From assembly GCA_964234715.1 (NCBI GenBank), contig OZ174276.1: 64,000 nucleotides of DNA; one strand, written 5' to 3'. A program made the translations under genes and the position numbers. Source of the DNA: Podarcis melisellensis. Taxonomy: Eukaryota. The notes under the pieces were generated by a model, which was not told the DNA's origin, searched no databases, and saw only the letters and a list, made by a program, of their open reading frames with translations. This document shows positions 25,299 through 38,787 of the stretch, one piece after another. The first letter of the stretch is position 1; every line of letters starts with the position of its first letter.

Positions 25299-27627
25299 GC
25301 ACCCCCACCCCACCCCAAATGAACACACTCTCACCTTGAGATAATTCATATTAAAGATTTACTGAGTGGAACTGGGAATTCTAATTGCAAGTGACCCACC
25401 TAAGCAAAACAATTCAACCAAGTCACAGAACAGTTTTTCCTAATGTCAGGTTTGTACTTTTGTGGCGACCCTACTTCAGACATCCATGCGCATACCAGTC
25501 CCGTCAACATGTGTCCAGATCATGGGCCAAAGCATGTTCAGGATATTCAACCAGTATTGTTGTACTATGAGACCATGTGCTCAACTATTTACAAGATGCA
25601 ATTGCCCATATATACACACAAACACACACAATTGCAAAAAAATCACCATAACAACCCCAGGCAGCACAGTCAACAGTCAAGGATAATGGGAGCTGCAGTC
25701 CAGCAACATATAGAAGGTATTAGCTACTCCTGGCCTCTAAGGGTCTCTTTTCTCAGGACTGGAGAGGGGGGAAACAATAGGCCCTGAAGCCAAAGGCACT
25801 ATGGCACATCCAAAGCCAATTTCACTCCCCCTGCCCCACAATATATGGATCTCTTCAATAGCCATGGAGCCTGCCACACCTTCCTTTGTATTTCTGGGTA
25901 ATTACTGGTGACTTTTTAGAGGGGGGATAAAAAAATGATATAATGCCCTTCAGCAAAGGTTCTGGGATGTTTTACGAAAACAAGATAAAGTACAAAAATT
26001 GGAATAAAAGACAATAAAGAAAGGAAGAGTGCCCTCCCCAACTCAAACCATGACCCCTAATTTGTCTTGGTTATCAGACTGGAAAAGAACCCCAATTACC
26101 CTCCTCCCAAACAGCCTCACTCCTGCCAACCAGAGATGAAAAGCACATTTATTTTCTTAAGTGAGATCTTTTGGTGACATAGACAGACGCTTGTATACAA
26201 GACAATTACTGGTTAAAAAATGTCTGCCTCTGACTGCAACATATCTGTAAGTGGATTTAAACCAGCATAAAAGATGCAGAAGTGGCTATAACCAGCCCCA
26301 TCCCATCTCCCTGGAAACTCTCAATTTTGTGTCTCTGTATGTGTGCTTAGCCACACATATCATGCCAAAAAAGAACAAAACGGGGTGTCAGCAAAGAAAG
26401 GAGTCTTCTCCCCCGCCCCTTCCTTCCTCGTATAACAAGGCGGCTTGATTTTATTTATTGTTATTGACAATTTCAGCGACTATTTCTCAATCATAAAAGC
26501 AAAAAGCAGAGGCTGAGCAAGTCAGACCATCATTCATATTTTGCTTTTATTGGACCTGGAAAGCCTGGGAGATATGAGAACTCGTTTGCACAGACACCCT
26601 AGTGGCAACATCACATTATTCAAATGGCTAAAATAAGCCTCGCACATGCAGTTCATGCAAACGTCCTCCTTTCTGCCCCCTCTGCAAACACTGAATCAAA
26701 CCAATGGCTCCATTAGCTGTAATGCAGGTGCCCCCTTACACACATCTAACCTTGTTATACTCTTGCCGGAATAAAATTGTCTCATATATATATACACACA
26801 CACATATATACAGCCACACAGAAATAGAGGTGTCTGTTGTATCAGCAGAGCAATGGAACAGCCACCATCTGGTGGAAGGGACACCCCATGTGTTCTTGGG
26901 GTCTGTAATGTTTTAGAGAGGGGTGGGGAAGCTCCAGGTTTCATGGGGGGGGGTCGACTTAGTTTTCTGAAAGAGCTTCATTGTCCACCAAACAGAGCCA
27001 GGAGCAAAAGAGTGGTTTGGGGAGAGCATGTGTACACACAGAATGAAGGAATAAGATGCTTCCACATGCAAGATTTCCCCAGGGTTTGTTTTCATACCAG
27101 AATTGAGCTCACAGTCATTTCACATAAAGATCCAGTTCTGATTTCCTCCCAAGTTGTCTTCAATTCAGCAGGGGAGCCATTTTTGCCACTCTTTTAAAAC
27201 AACTAGGTGGGTTATCATTTATTTTCTGCCCAAGGCCACCATGCTAATGCCTGTGCTACTCTTTGCCAGCTTACAGTTCTGTGACTGTCAATTTACCTTA
27301 CTTGAACTGTACACTATGAGCTGCAGGTCTTTTTTGGGTGTGTGTGTATGTGTGAATGCAGCAGTGTCTGGTGCAGGGCAGAGCCTCCCTCCTGACACCG
27401 GCATTGCCACCACTTGCTTGGGTGGTGTTGAGATGGGGTAGGGCGGTGGAAGGGTCAGAGCTGTGTGGACTCACCAGCAGAGCCAATCTGGTGCCCACAG
27501 CCCTGCCCTTGCAGCCTCTCTGCCCATCCCCATTCCAGCGCTGGCCAGGTAGATGCAGTCATGTCAATGTTGGGAGGACAGCTCTGCAGCTTTGTCCTGC
27601 CAGCTACAGGGCGTATGTGTATGTATA

Positions 27628-28028
27628 CAGTGGTACCTCAGCTTAAGAACTTACCGTATTTTTCACTCTATAACACACACCTGACCATAACACGCACATA
27701 GTTTTTAGAGCAGGAAAATCCGTAGGCATGCCACCCATAGGCATTCCCTCCATAACACGCACAGACATTTCCCCTTACTTTCTAGGAGGAAAAAAGTGAG
27801 TGTTATGGTGCAAAAAATACGGTAATTCATTCTGGAGATCCGTTCTTAACCTGAAACTGTTCTTAACCTGAGGTACCAGGTTAATCGGGCCTCCCACTGC
27901 TGCTGCCACACAATTTCTGTTCTCATCCTGAAACAAAGTTCTTAACCCGATGTACTATTTCTGGGTTAGCGGAGTCTGTAACCTGAAGTGTCTGTAACCT
28001 GAAGCGTCTGTAACCCAAGGTACCACTG
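27628..28028. mobile_element. Tigger/pogo-like MITE (host of a nested insertion)
   Basis: TA-CAGTGGTACCTC ... AAGGTACCACTG-TA; internal repeats gttcttaacctga and gtctgtaacctgaa; homologous to 62421-62662 (rc). Confidence 0.93.
27654..27822. mobile_element. Tc2-like MITE, 169 bp, nested
   Basis: TA-CCGTATTTTT ... AAAAATACGG-TA with TA duplicated. Confidence 0.95.
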
Positions 28029-29100
28029 TATATACATTTTTTTAAAAAATGCAATTAAAGTAAAGATGTGGCGGCAGCTACTGGCTTGGGTGGTTTTTAA
28101 AGTGCATGATGTAAATAGATGAAGGTGAAGGTCCATCAGTGGCCATTCACCATATTAGCTCATGGAACCATCCAGTTCAGAATGATTGTGTCTCTGAGTG
28201 CCATTTGGGGTAGGAGCCAAAACCAGGAGACGGCTGCTTCTTCCATGCCATTTCTATAGGTTTCCTGGGAGCATTTGGGTCCCCAGTTTTGGAAACAGGA
28301 CATTTGACAGATTCAGTCTTGTCCAAGAGAGATGTTTTTTTTAAAAAAATGTTCCAATATTCACACAGACTTTGAGCCAGCATAAACAGTGGATTCAGCT
28401 GACAACACTATTTTTTCTCTTTCACAACTTATACTCCTACATTAGATAACACAACACAGATGCGGGACAGAGAATGCACTGACCATGAATACTAACCATG
28501 ACCCGTCCCCAGCTTGGATAAACTTATGCTGCTGCAGGTGGATTTCTATATAAACTGAGCAAGGGTTGTCGTCGTCTCTTTTTTTATCACAGTGATGTGA
28601 GGAATCAGATATCCAAGAGCTAAAGTCAGCTGTGTGCCCCCCCCCCCACCGCTGCACCTCTTCAATCCTCCTCGCCAACTGTGGTATGATATTAAAAAGC
28701 ATATGCAATGAGGCTACACCTTCTGTTCACACTCTGTCAGTAATCCTGCACAGGCAAGGTTTGCTGTTAACCTCCCTAATGGAAAAGCCTGTTAGATGGC
28801 TTGCCGGCTGTGCTTCACAGTTAAGTATTATCTGCAAAGATGCAGGCTGTTGATGTGTGGGCATCTAAAGCAAAAGCTGCAGAAACTTAAAAGAAATGGT
28901 TAAATTCTGCTTGGCAGGCCTGGAAACATAGGTGTGGACAAGGGAGGGGGAGTGGGGGAGGCAGGAGGGTTGAGTTTGTCCAAACCTTGGGCTGCCAGAT
29001 TATATGTAACTAATTCCAGCTGAGGACATGGATGTGGATGCACAGAATGAGGAGAGCAATCACAGAGTTTTAACTTAATTACAAATTTAGGTTTCCCTCA

Positions 29101-29136
<36 letters not shown>

Positions 29137-29889
29137 CCCCCTGCCCCCGCCATTTGCACAATTCAGATAAAATGAGAGGTTTGGTGTGGGGGTTTTTTGG
29201 GTGGTTTTTTTAAAAAAAGAAATAAAGAAAAAGAAATCCATATGAATGGCAATATCCAGTATTCATTAGAGGCCTGAGAGAGAAATGGAGAGACACAACT
29301 CATTACTGGGTTCTTCACCTTTACCCTTGACAATGGTTATTTACATAATAACCTGACCCATAGGTTACCGTTCATTAACAAACACATGTGAAAACACTGA
29401 GGCAGCTGGCTACCACTCATAAATATAGATTGTTAACCTTGGCTTAGAAGACTTAAACTCACTTACGGGGTGGTGGGGAAGAGGCCCTGTTTTGCATAGC
29501 TATTATGTCATAACCCCAGTACGGAGCACAATAAACCAGAGGCATAAAGGGAAGGGCTCAAGATGTTCTCTCTCACACCAGCAGGGCCATTAAAACACAC
29601 ACACACCAAGGTTCTGAGAGGGATGAAATGAATCTTCCAGGAAATCTGAAAATCCTGGTCCTCACTTTGGTATAGTGATATCGCTGAAATTCAGCCTTGC
29701 AGCAAAAATGGGAGGGAAATCTACCGATGTCTAACAACCCAGGGTGTGCCGTTCCATTCTTCAGAAATAAGCCACAAAATATTGGGTGAGTTCCCCTTTG
29801 AGTATCCTCCTTCCCCCCCAACTTAGAGGCATTGAGGTGGCATGGCTCAGCATCCAACCGGTGGGGGGCATCCGGCTGTGCCCACCCAA

Positions 29890-30155
29890 CAGCAGGAATT
29901 TGGAAGAAATTCAATTCAGTTTGCATTTAAAGGCAAACCTACTTAATTTTCACTTTCCATAACAACACATGGTCTGAAACACAATACCTGTACTTCTCTG
30001 AATTGTGTAATGCCATTCTTCAGTCAAGAAAGGCATACAGAAATGTGTGTACTAGGTAAAGTGTGCTCATGAATGCACATATTACTGGAAATAACATAAG
30101 ATGCATTATATTAGTGAAATTACTTTGCAAAAATATTGTATATTTAGGGAGATTA
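29890..30155 (-). mobile_element. Copy of the AT-rich repeat seen at 14250-14993
   Basis: aattcagtttgcatttaaaggcaaacctactt... is the rc of the family's 3' part. Confidence 0.5.
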
Positions 30156-30165
30156 CATACAGACA

Positions 30166-30313
30166 TGTGGTGTAGTGCTTACACTATGGGGGAGGCTAGG
30201 GTTCAAATCCCTACTTGGCCATGAACCTCACTGTGTATTCCTGCATTGCAGGGGGGCTGGACTAGATGATCCTCAGGGTCCCTTCCAACTCTAAAATTCT
30301 ATGATTCTATGAT
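30166..30313 (+). mobile_element. tRNA-derived SINE head joined to a CR1-type tail
   Basis: A box tggtgtagtg, B box ggttcaaatcc, then attcctgcattgcagg...ttccaactctaaaattctatgattctatgat. Confidence 0.8.
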
Positions 30314-31765
30314 CCTATACAACTGAAATAATATAGGAATATCTGTTTCGCCATTTGCTCCATTATGGAATACCTGGCATGCACTCAGGCTGGCACAGGA
30401 CATTGTGTATGATTCCTATGAATGGTGGAAGTCATCATGCCTGGAGCAAAACAGCGTGAGGGTGTTGTGAAAACATGCCTCAAGGCATAGTGAAGGCTAT
30501 ATTTACTTACTGCACTGCTGTGACGTTTCTTTGCCTGCCTAAATTATCTCAGTACAATTCTGCACCTGCCATTAAACAGCTCCCCCCACCCCCCTTTGGA
30601 CTTTTAGACTGGCTTTCTGTCTCCAATAATAAGCTAATTGCATGTTAAGTTATCAACTTACTTCACTTTTTGAATAAGTTTTGGGGGGGAAATGTATGGA
30701 ACTATCACATTGGCTTTAGGGCAGTGCCATCTATTCTCAAATGTTGGAAATATGAACGAAGCAGCCAAGCATATTCCCTTCAACCCCTCGCTTTGCTGAA
30801 CTTACTGACTTACTGTGATTCTGTTCAAACCCCCTTATGCTCTCCTGGTTGCTATTGCTGCTGGGCATGTCTTTCCTTCGTCTTTGTTCCTTGCCTTATT
30901 TGCCCTCATTCTCAGCCTCACTTGCCTTCACTGCAGCATAGTTTTGATTGGCTGCAGTAACCCATCTGAATTGGTTCATGGACAGTGGTGATGACTTTAC
31001 ATCAGCCATATCACCATGAAGTCATTGACAAAAAAAAACACATGGGATGCCAGAGCTAATTATATATATTTTTGTATAAAAAGGGCAATGATGGCAAATG
31101 AGGTCAAGTAGAGTGAGGGCAAAGAATCATAGATTTGTAGAGTTGGGAGGGCCATCTAGCTCAAGAAGAAGAAAATAAAACAGTGATGAGAAGCAGCAGC
31201 TTAGGAAGCAAAAAGTGCTGAATAATATTTTTAAAAAACCATGTGCACAGGCATGTTCATGTGGAATCAGAAATTGCTTGAATCAGGCAAATTTTGGCAC
31301 TCACAAGCAATGAACCCCAATGAAAAATTCTTGCTTTAACTACACACCAGGCAGATGGGGGTGGCTCTCTGATGCACGTACACACAGTTTCAAGCTGTCC
31401 TAAGAGGCACTTTCAATATAGCAGTTTGTGACTCCCAACAGCTATCTACTTAGTTGTCTGCTGAGTGCTAATCTTAATGATGTTTACATATCGCACACTA
31501 AAATTAACAGCTTTTGAAGCAAAAGATGGCAACAAAACAAAGCAAACCATCACCACAGGAAACCCATGTGATACGCCAGTGGTTGCTCTGAAGTTGCCTT
31601 TTTACCTATTTGCTCAAACTTTCCACACCAATTACCAGTTTGCACTTTTGCAAAGCAGGCTGACACTGGGGGTTTCAGGCAGGGACGTCTTTCATTCCTG
31701 TTATGAATCCAAGTATGTTTTAATTTAGTGAGGAGGGAAAGCATCTAATTTCTCTCTCTCTTTAG

Positions 31766-31804
31766 CTTCAGGGACGCCACAGGCAACCACAAATATCCCT
31801 TGAG
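31766..31804 (+). other. Candidate 39-nt cassette micro-exon of an unidentified + strand gene
   Basis: Branch-like CTAAT, pure pyrimidine tract ttctctctctcttTAG, 39 nt, then GAG|GTGAGT. Phase 0 gives LQGRHRQPQISLE; phase 2 gives FRDATGNHKYPL; phase 1 hits TGA. Confidence 0.5.
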
Positions 31805-34800
31805 GTGAGTCATATTTGCTCGTTTAAGAAGCAGTCTATTCTACTGCAATAATTGGATTTAGCATCCCTTCATTTAGAGAGAAAAGACTATCTTATTTGA
31901 AGAGCTGAATATTTAGGAATCTGGCTTTTCACCCGGTGAACCTGGCTCCAGCTCTACATTTAATTAGAATGCAGCCAAAAATAACCAATTTCCAAATAGA
32001 AGCCACGGAACCACCACCCCAGAAATGCACGAACCCATCCACAGATAGGCTACCTTCATTAGCACTGACTGGGAACCCTACAAGGCAAGATGCACCTGCA
32101 TGTAACAATGCATTATATTAGCACTGCCAGGATCCAAATCTCTAAAACACAAATTAGCTCGGACAAAGTCAGGTCTATCCGGTGAACCTGTTAGCCTTTG
32201 AGTTGCCACAGGACTCTTTGTTTCCATATCACCCACTCCCGGACATTGGTTTGAAAATAATGACCTTGACACTACCTTTAAGTATCTAAGATTGCAATTA
32301 TTCAGCTGTATGATACATATTTTTTCTGATGAAATTTTCATGTGCTCCATGGTTGCAATCGTTAGCACACTTCCTTGGAAGCAAGCCCCCAAATTTGAAG
32401 TTAAGTCCAAATTTAATACATTTGGAATGGAATCCATTTTAAGGGCCATACTAGAGCCATATTTGAATTATTATTATTATTATTAACAACCCACCTACTC
32501 TGGGCAGCTTACACCACATGATCTGAAAACATGAAAATGATACATCTAAATTATTGCTAAACAAGCTAATGTTTCAATCTATATGTTGCTTAGGAATGCA
32601 CTGCTGTTACATTACTCAGAATCAAGGCTGACTGCGTTCAGTGGGACTTAACCCCAGGTAAGCATAGGACTGCAGCCAAACCATTGTTCGGTTGCACTGA
32701 TGTAATGTATTTGATAACTCCATTTTGTTAAGTTAGTTTGTGTCCGTTTTGTTCACATTCTCATGCGCTGTCTAAAGCAAAGTGAACCAAACGTCTGGCC
32801 TGATGCTAGGTGCATTTACTCATGAGTCCCATCAAGTCAACAAGACTTACTGCCATGAAGTTCAATGGGGGGAAGGGAGGGTTGCAGCTATGGGTGAATT
32901 AAGCTATTGCAAACCAGAGAAGAAAATGTGAAGGGATAAAAACAGGTATTAAAATTTGTTAAAAGATCTAAAAATTTTGAACTTTTAAACTGACTGAATA
33001 TTATTTCTGCACTGCAATTACATTGCCAGCTAACAATAGATATTTGGGCATAGTATTTCAGAATTGCAGTTTCAAAATGGCATGTGGTGACATAGCTGCA
33101 GAAGGTGCTATTCAAACCCTAACCTCTTTTTTTCAGTGGTGGTCTTTAGTCTGCAAACTGCACTTTCTTCCATTTGTAGCTAATGGCAGCCCAAAATTAA
33201 ACAGTCATGGTACTTATAAATCCAACTCGGAAAATGCCATCATGTATTTTTAATCTAGCTACCTCATCACTGAATAATAAAATGAAAGGATTGCTGAGTT
33301 TGACTGGCATTTGTAAGTAGCATATGAAAGGGGCTAATAGAGGGAGAAAATTAGTTGCATTTATCATCTTAACTACATTCATATTACACTCACGATTCAA
33401 TTGTTTAAAAATTAATCCTTAAGAACAGCTTTTTTAAGTTTAAGCATTCCAAACAATTGTAATTTATTTTCTGAACAAATGCTATTTGTAAAAGATTAAA
33501 AAAAAACCTTCCATACGTCGTATGAACTAAATGATCTATTCTTCAAGTATTTGAAATATGCAGCATTTAATACATACATATATACATCACAAGAATGGAA
33601 AATCCTGTAAGCTAATAACTAAACCGAAGTCCCAAATGTGTGCCATCTTACTTGGATGCAGTTTTGTAGGCATATTGTGCCTTAATAATTTAGAAAGAGC
33701 TAAGTCTTATATTAGTATTAATCCATTTGTATCTTCAGAGAAGACAGCTGGGAGTTAACTCAACCTGGCAACTGCTGTCCAGAATTCCTGCTGCTCCCAG
33801 TGAATACAGAAAACTGATGTTCTTAGAGCTCCACAGTGTCTACCCTACACTGCCTGCCAGTAGTTCTCCAGTGTTTCAGACTGATGTCTTCCCCAATCCT
33901 ACATGGACTGAATCTGGGACTTTATGAATGCAAAATGGGTGGTTTGCTGGTGGACTATGGCACTTTCACTGGTCCTGGCCATTACCTATGAAAATGTGCA
34001 TGTATATACATGCAAAGGACAATATGCCTACATAGGATAGCAGGCTGGTTTGGTGGATCGCAAATTGTTTAGGCTTGTTCTTGCCACACTTCAATGTGCT
34101 GCATTGGGCTGAGTTCAAACTTTAATTGACGTATGCAGAAAATCTCCTGCCTCAGACCAAAGAATGAAGAAAGAGGAAAAACCACCCTCTTGATTATGTT
34201 GGTTCCCTTTCCAAAATATCTGATGAAGGGATACCCTTTTTGGAGGACAATGATGGCTTGCATTATTGTCAGGCAGAGGGATTCCCAATGACTCCCCCAC
34301 CCCGCATTGCCCAAATGATGCTTTCCATTCATGCAGCTGAAGAGCCCTCCTGTTTCTCTAATTAAGCTGCCTGAACAACAGCAAAAGAGCACAATTAGCC
34401 CTGAGTCATACTGGCATGCATCTCTCCCTCTCCCCCGCCTCGTTCCCCCCCCCACCTGCTGCCAAAGCCTCATGTGACACATAGAGACATCAGTTGCTCA
34501 CTCAGTTAAGCTAGGCTTCACATGTTGGCTTGATGGGAGGAGCTGCTGACCCTCTTGGTAATTACTCAGTCTAACAGCTTAACTAACATGCAAATTCTGC
34601 TGTTGAGTGACAGGTAAACTGTGTGAGGCCCCTGACTTATGCCGGCAGAGGGGAGGGGAAAAATGAGAGAGGGTGGGTGCTGACATAGATGTAAAAGCGT
34701 GTGTCAATTGCAGATCTAATGCGGCTTCGAAAGTACGACATGATTCATTAGCTTTATTTCATGCTCAGGGTAACGAAGTTGTGGTTGCTGTGTTAATTAA

Positions 34801-35553
34801 GTGGGGAGGGAGCAGGGTGGAACTTGGCAGGCATAAGTCAGCTGGCATGGCACACAGATCCCAGAGGGCAGGGCTGCTCCAAATCACATGCTTTACAGCT
34901 CTCTCAATATTTCACATCCAGGCTCTCCATTCCAATGGCCTTCCAAGCACTTACGGTGGAAAACGATGTCAAACCCTTTTCCTGTTTCACTACACTAAAA
35001 CTGCTTGACTATCTAGGGCTCAGGGCCCCTTTTCAAACTTAAGGGAAAGTAGGAGAGACAGAGACAGTGGGGAAGGGAAGAGGCAGGCGCGTGCGTGCGT
35101 GCGCGAGCACACACACACACACACACACACACTCAGAGGTTGTGTGTGGGGAAACAAATATGAATTGGGTCCATTTGGTGCTTGTAAAACATAACTCTAG
35201 TGGACTGGTATAAAATCTCTGCCAATTTATAAACTTTCTTCTCGGGCTGCTAAATTGGCACGACTAAATTGGCACAACTAACCTACATGAGTAGCAGCTA
35301 ACCATGTTCAGTTCAAGGGCCATGTTCAAAGTTGGCCAGCTCTCCAAGCTTTGACGATACCAGTGATGATTATGGCCAAAATGGCCACTGAACTCACTGT
35401 TACACGTGTGCAATGCATTCAACCTACGTGGAGACCAAACACATACTGTACAAATAGCCACATACCCTTTGGGTGGGGGGGTTAATCTTTCAGGGGCTGC
35501 ATGTTGGTGGTGGACAGAGCTAGAGGCAGAGCCAAAGGTGAGTGGGTGCCTCC

Positions 35554-35555
<2 letters not shown>

Positions 35556-35597
<42 letters not shown>
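35556..35597. repeat. (CT)21 microsatellite
   Basis: Read directly. Confidence 0.99.
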
Positions 35598-35601
<4 letters not shown>

Positions 35602-35730
35602 ACCTTAGGTTGAGAGATCACTGTTGTGCTTTAGATCTTCTCATAGGCATCTGGTTGGCCACTGTGATTGATAACAGGATGCTGGACTATGTAGGTCTTT
35701 GGCCTGGTCCTACTGGGCTTTTCTTATGCT
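35598..35730 (+). mobile_element. CR1-like 3' UTR remnant (second family)
   Basis: ggcatctggttggccactgtg...acaggatgctggacta...tggcctggtcc...cttttcttatg. Confidence 0.65.
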
Positions 35731-38546
35731 CATCTATTGGTACATTGTGGTCAGTAATACTGGCTTCATGCAATCAGAAGGGATATGCTCTGAGAAATAT
35801 CCAGCTTGTTCCTATGCACCATATGTATCTATTTAAAAATAAAATTAACACAGCCCCAGGGTGCACCTAGTTTGTGCCATGGCTTCAGGCTGATCCAGCA
35901 CAATCATATTCTGCCTGAAAAGAAACCTTTTTTTCCTGAAGGCCATATTTGCAGACAGCAGGTTACTGTCAAGATCCAAATCACAAATGGACTGCTCTCA
36001 GTTTTGCCTACTAGCTTCTGAAAATTTATGCAACAGCATAGAAATTAATAGGACTCCATAAGGAAGTAAGTCAAATTATGGCGAGGAGCAAAGAATAAAG
36101 TGGGAATGCACTTTTGAGGGCAATGATACCTACAGGTGCAAGTGTAAATGGTATAATGTGATCCCAGTGGACAACCCACAGCCATTAGGAGCTTGGTAGC
36201 TTCATTCTATAACTTGAAACTGTAAGTCTGGGTGAACTTTCTCTAGCAATGTCTGCAAACTGAAAAGGCAGCTACAGTGAAGGATCAAGGTGCACCCTAT
36301 GGCTACAAACCACAATGGCAATGGGAAGCAAAATGAATGTTTGACTAGTACCCTCAAGGCCACCAGGTTGGCTAGCTATCTCCCTCATCCTTCAGTAAAA
36401 AGGAAAGGTTGCTGATTAGCAAAATAAAATTGGTAAGATCAGGCAGTACATTTGCTGGTTAAGATTAATGGAAGATAGTGGCTGGATGGATTACAATTAT
36501 GCTATTGATGTCATATACTTAAGATACTTTCTAGGACAGAGTAAATATAAAATCCAAAGTGTGCTGTGCCACTTATTATCTGAGAGGACAGACAGACATA
36601 CAGAGAGACCCATAATTCCGTACCAGTTCTAAAGAGTCTGCCTCAGGGTTCAGTGTGTATGATCCTACTCTCATAACAACTTCATACTCTAGTTTGTAGA
36701 CTTGCTCAGGGGGTGAATGTGGCAGGGGTTGAAATAATCAACACTCTCTCAAAAGACCATCTGCCTTTCATCTTTGGATGTGTGATCGTATAAACAATAG
36801 GAGGGTTGTTATCTGTGGTGAATGGAATTCATAACCGTAACCAAAGTTACTCATTCTTCTATAGAATAACTCCTTTGGGCATTGCTTGAGCAGAGAGTGT
36901 CCACTTGTCATTCTTAGTAGCACAACAGCCACCAAGACTACATTTTACTCTCCCAATTTTTGAAAACAAAACAAAACAGCTTGGTTGGGCTTTTTCTGAA
37001 GTATGTCGAGGGAATATAGGTATTTTGCCTGTTTTTAAGTTATTCTTTAGGTCGCCAGTTTTTCTTTTGTGAAATGGGTACTCTGTGATGACCATGACAG
37101 TGTCTTAGATTTTCAAATGTACACTTAGCCTTCCCCAAAGGGCACTAAGCAACAACCCTCTGTGTTGGGAGACAGCATGCTTCCATGTGCAATCATAAAA
37201 TACAGGCCACTGCTGATTGGTTAAGGCAGTGGTGTGGAGCATCTGACACAGGGGCCAAATTAGGCCCAACATGTGTTCCAGTTGGGCCTGCAAGGCAGCT
37301 TCCCACAAAGAACATCTACTTGCCCCATATCTGATGTCCTGTATGCCATCAGGTGTCAGGCAGACAGAGCTGCAGGTGAATTGGCTGCTCCACTGAATTT
37401 CCTATGGGGGATTCAATCAGACAGCTGATCCTTACAGAAAACAGTGGTGAAGTCACTGTGCATGAACCAATGTGTGGAAAGATCAGCCCTGCTGGATTGG
37501 CTGTGCATGGGGATCTCAAACATGCAGTTTAGTAAGAATAACAGTACCAAGACTGTCTCTTTTGTAAGTGAATAGGAAGAGGAAGCATATGTCATCCTCG
37601 AAGCAGCAGGATTTCATCTCTACTCATCAGTTGATAATCCAAAGTTAAATTCTGCTCAAAGGTGCTGTTTCAGGCTGTTTGCACGCTTCTCCTGCAGGTG
37701 GGTGGTAGTGGGATGGGGAAGAAGAGTCTACACCTTCTCCCACCTGCTTGCAAGAGAAGTGCTAACTGCTTCAAACTGAGCTTTTGAAAAGCACTTTCAA
37801 GCAGTCCCCATGCTCCTAACACAAATGGAGAGTGATTCCGCTAAGTGCTGGGCTGTAGTGCACAAGATAGCTCCCTGCAGTGAACTCCCTCATAGTCCTG
37901 AACTCAGCAGTAAGCAGGGTCTCCCCCATCAGCTGATCTTGCTTGGCCTGGGTGTTTCATCCCCAGCCATCATGGCTAGAGTCAGGGACAATGGGACCTG
38001 TAGTACAGCAGTATATTGTTAGCCATCCCTGCTTTAATTAGTAAGGTGGTAGATTTAGGAAGGTAGCTTCTAATCTCTATGAGCAACATCCAAGCAGGGA
38101 AGGAGGTGATTACATTCCTATCCTGGTAAGTTTTCGAGAAATGACTCTGCAGCAACCTTGCGGAGTTTCTGTAGGAATTGTTACACAGGGATGCAGTGAA
38201 CAAGCAACCAGCAAGCATGGCAATGTGTTAAGTGAAACACAATACACCTGAGATTTTTATCTTGCAACAAGTGCCGTGCAGAAACAGCTACAGGAGGCCA
38301 ACAGGTCCAAAAAGCCCCTGTGTTCCATTGTATTCATAGCAGCAGAAAAAGATTTGATTTTGTCAGGCAGTTTGGAAAAGGTCTTCATTAGCAGTTGCAA
38401 GATGGCAACAGCGATTGAGGCTGGAGATAAAGGTGCAAGTTTCTCAACCATATGATGCAGTGGCCTGCAAAGGAGGAATGAAGTCTCTATGAGGCAAAAC
38501 GACTAGCTCCCAGCAAGGCTGTAACATGCTTTCTCACTTTCAATTA

Positions 38547-38787
38547 CCGTATTTTTCGCTCTATAAGATGCACCTAGTTTTTGGAGGAGGAAAACAAGAA
38601 AAAAAAATTCTGAATCTCAGAAGCCAGAACAGCAAGAGGGATTGTTGCACAGTGAAAGCAGCAATCCCTCTTGCTGTTCTGGCTTTTGGGATAGCTGTGC
38701 AGCCTGCATTCGCTCCATAAGATGCACACACATTTCCCCTTACTTTTTAGGAGGGGAAAAGTGAGTCTTACAGAGCAAAAAATACGG
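38547..38787. mobile_element. Tc2-like MITE, 241 bp
   Basis: TA-CCGTATTTTTCGCTCTATAAGA ... TCTTACAGAGCAAAAAATACGG-TA; internal hairpin at 38621-38685. Confidence 0.94.

Noticed and set aside
27840-28020. Regularly repeated taacctga motifs suggesting a CRISPR-like array
   Set aside because: Short subterminal repeats of a Tigger-like MITE in vertebrate DNA; no spacer structure or cas genes
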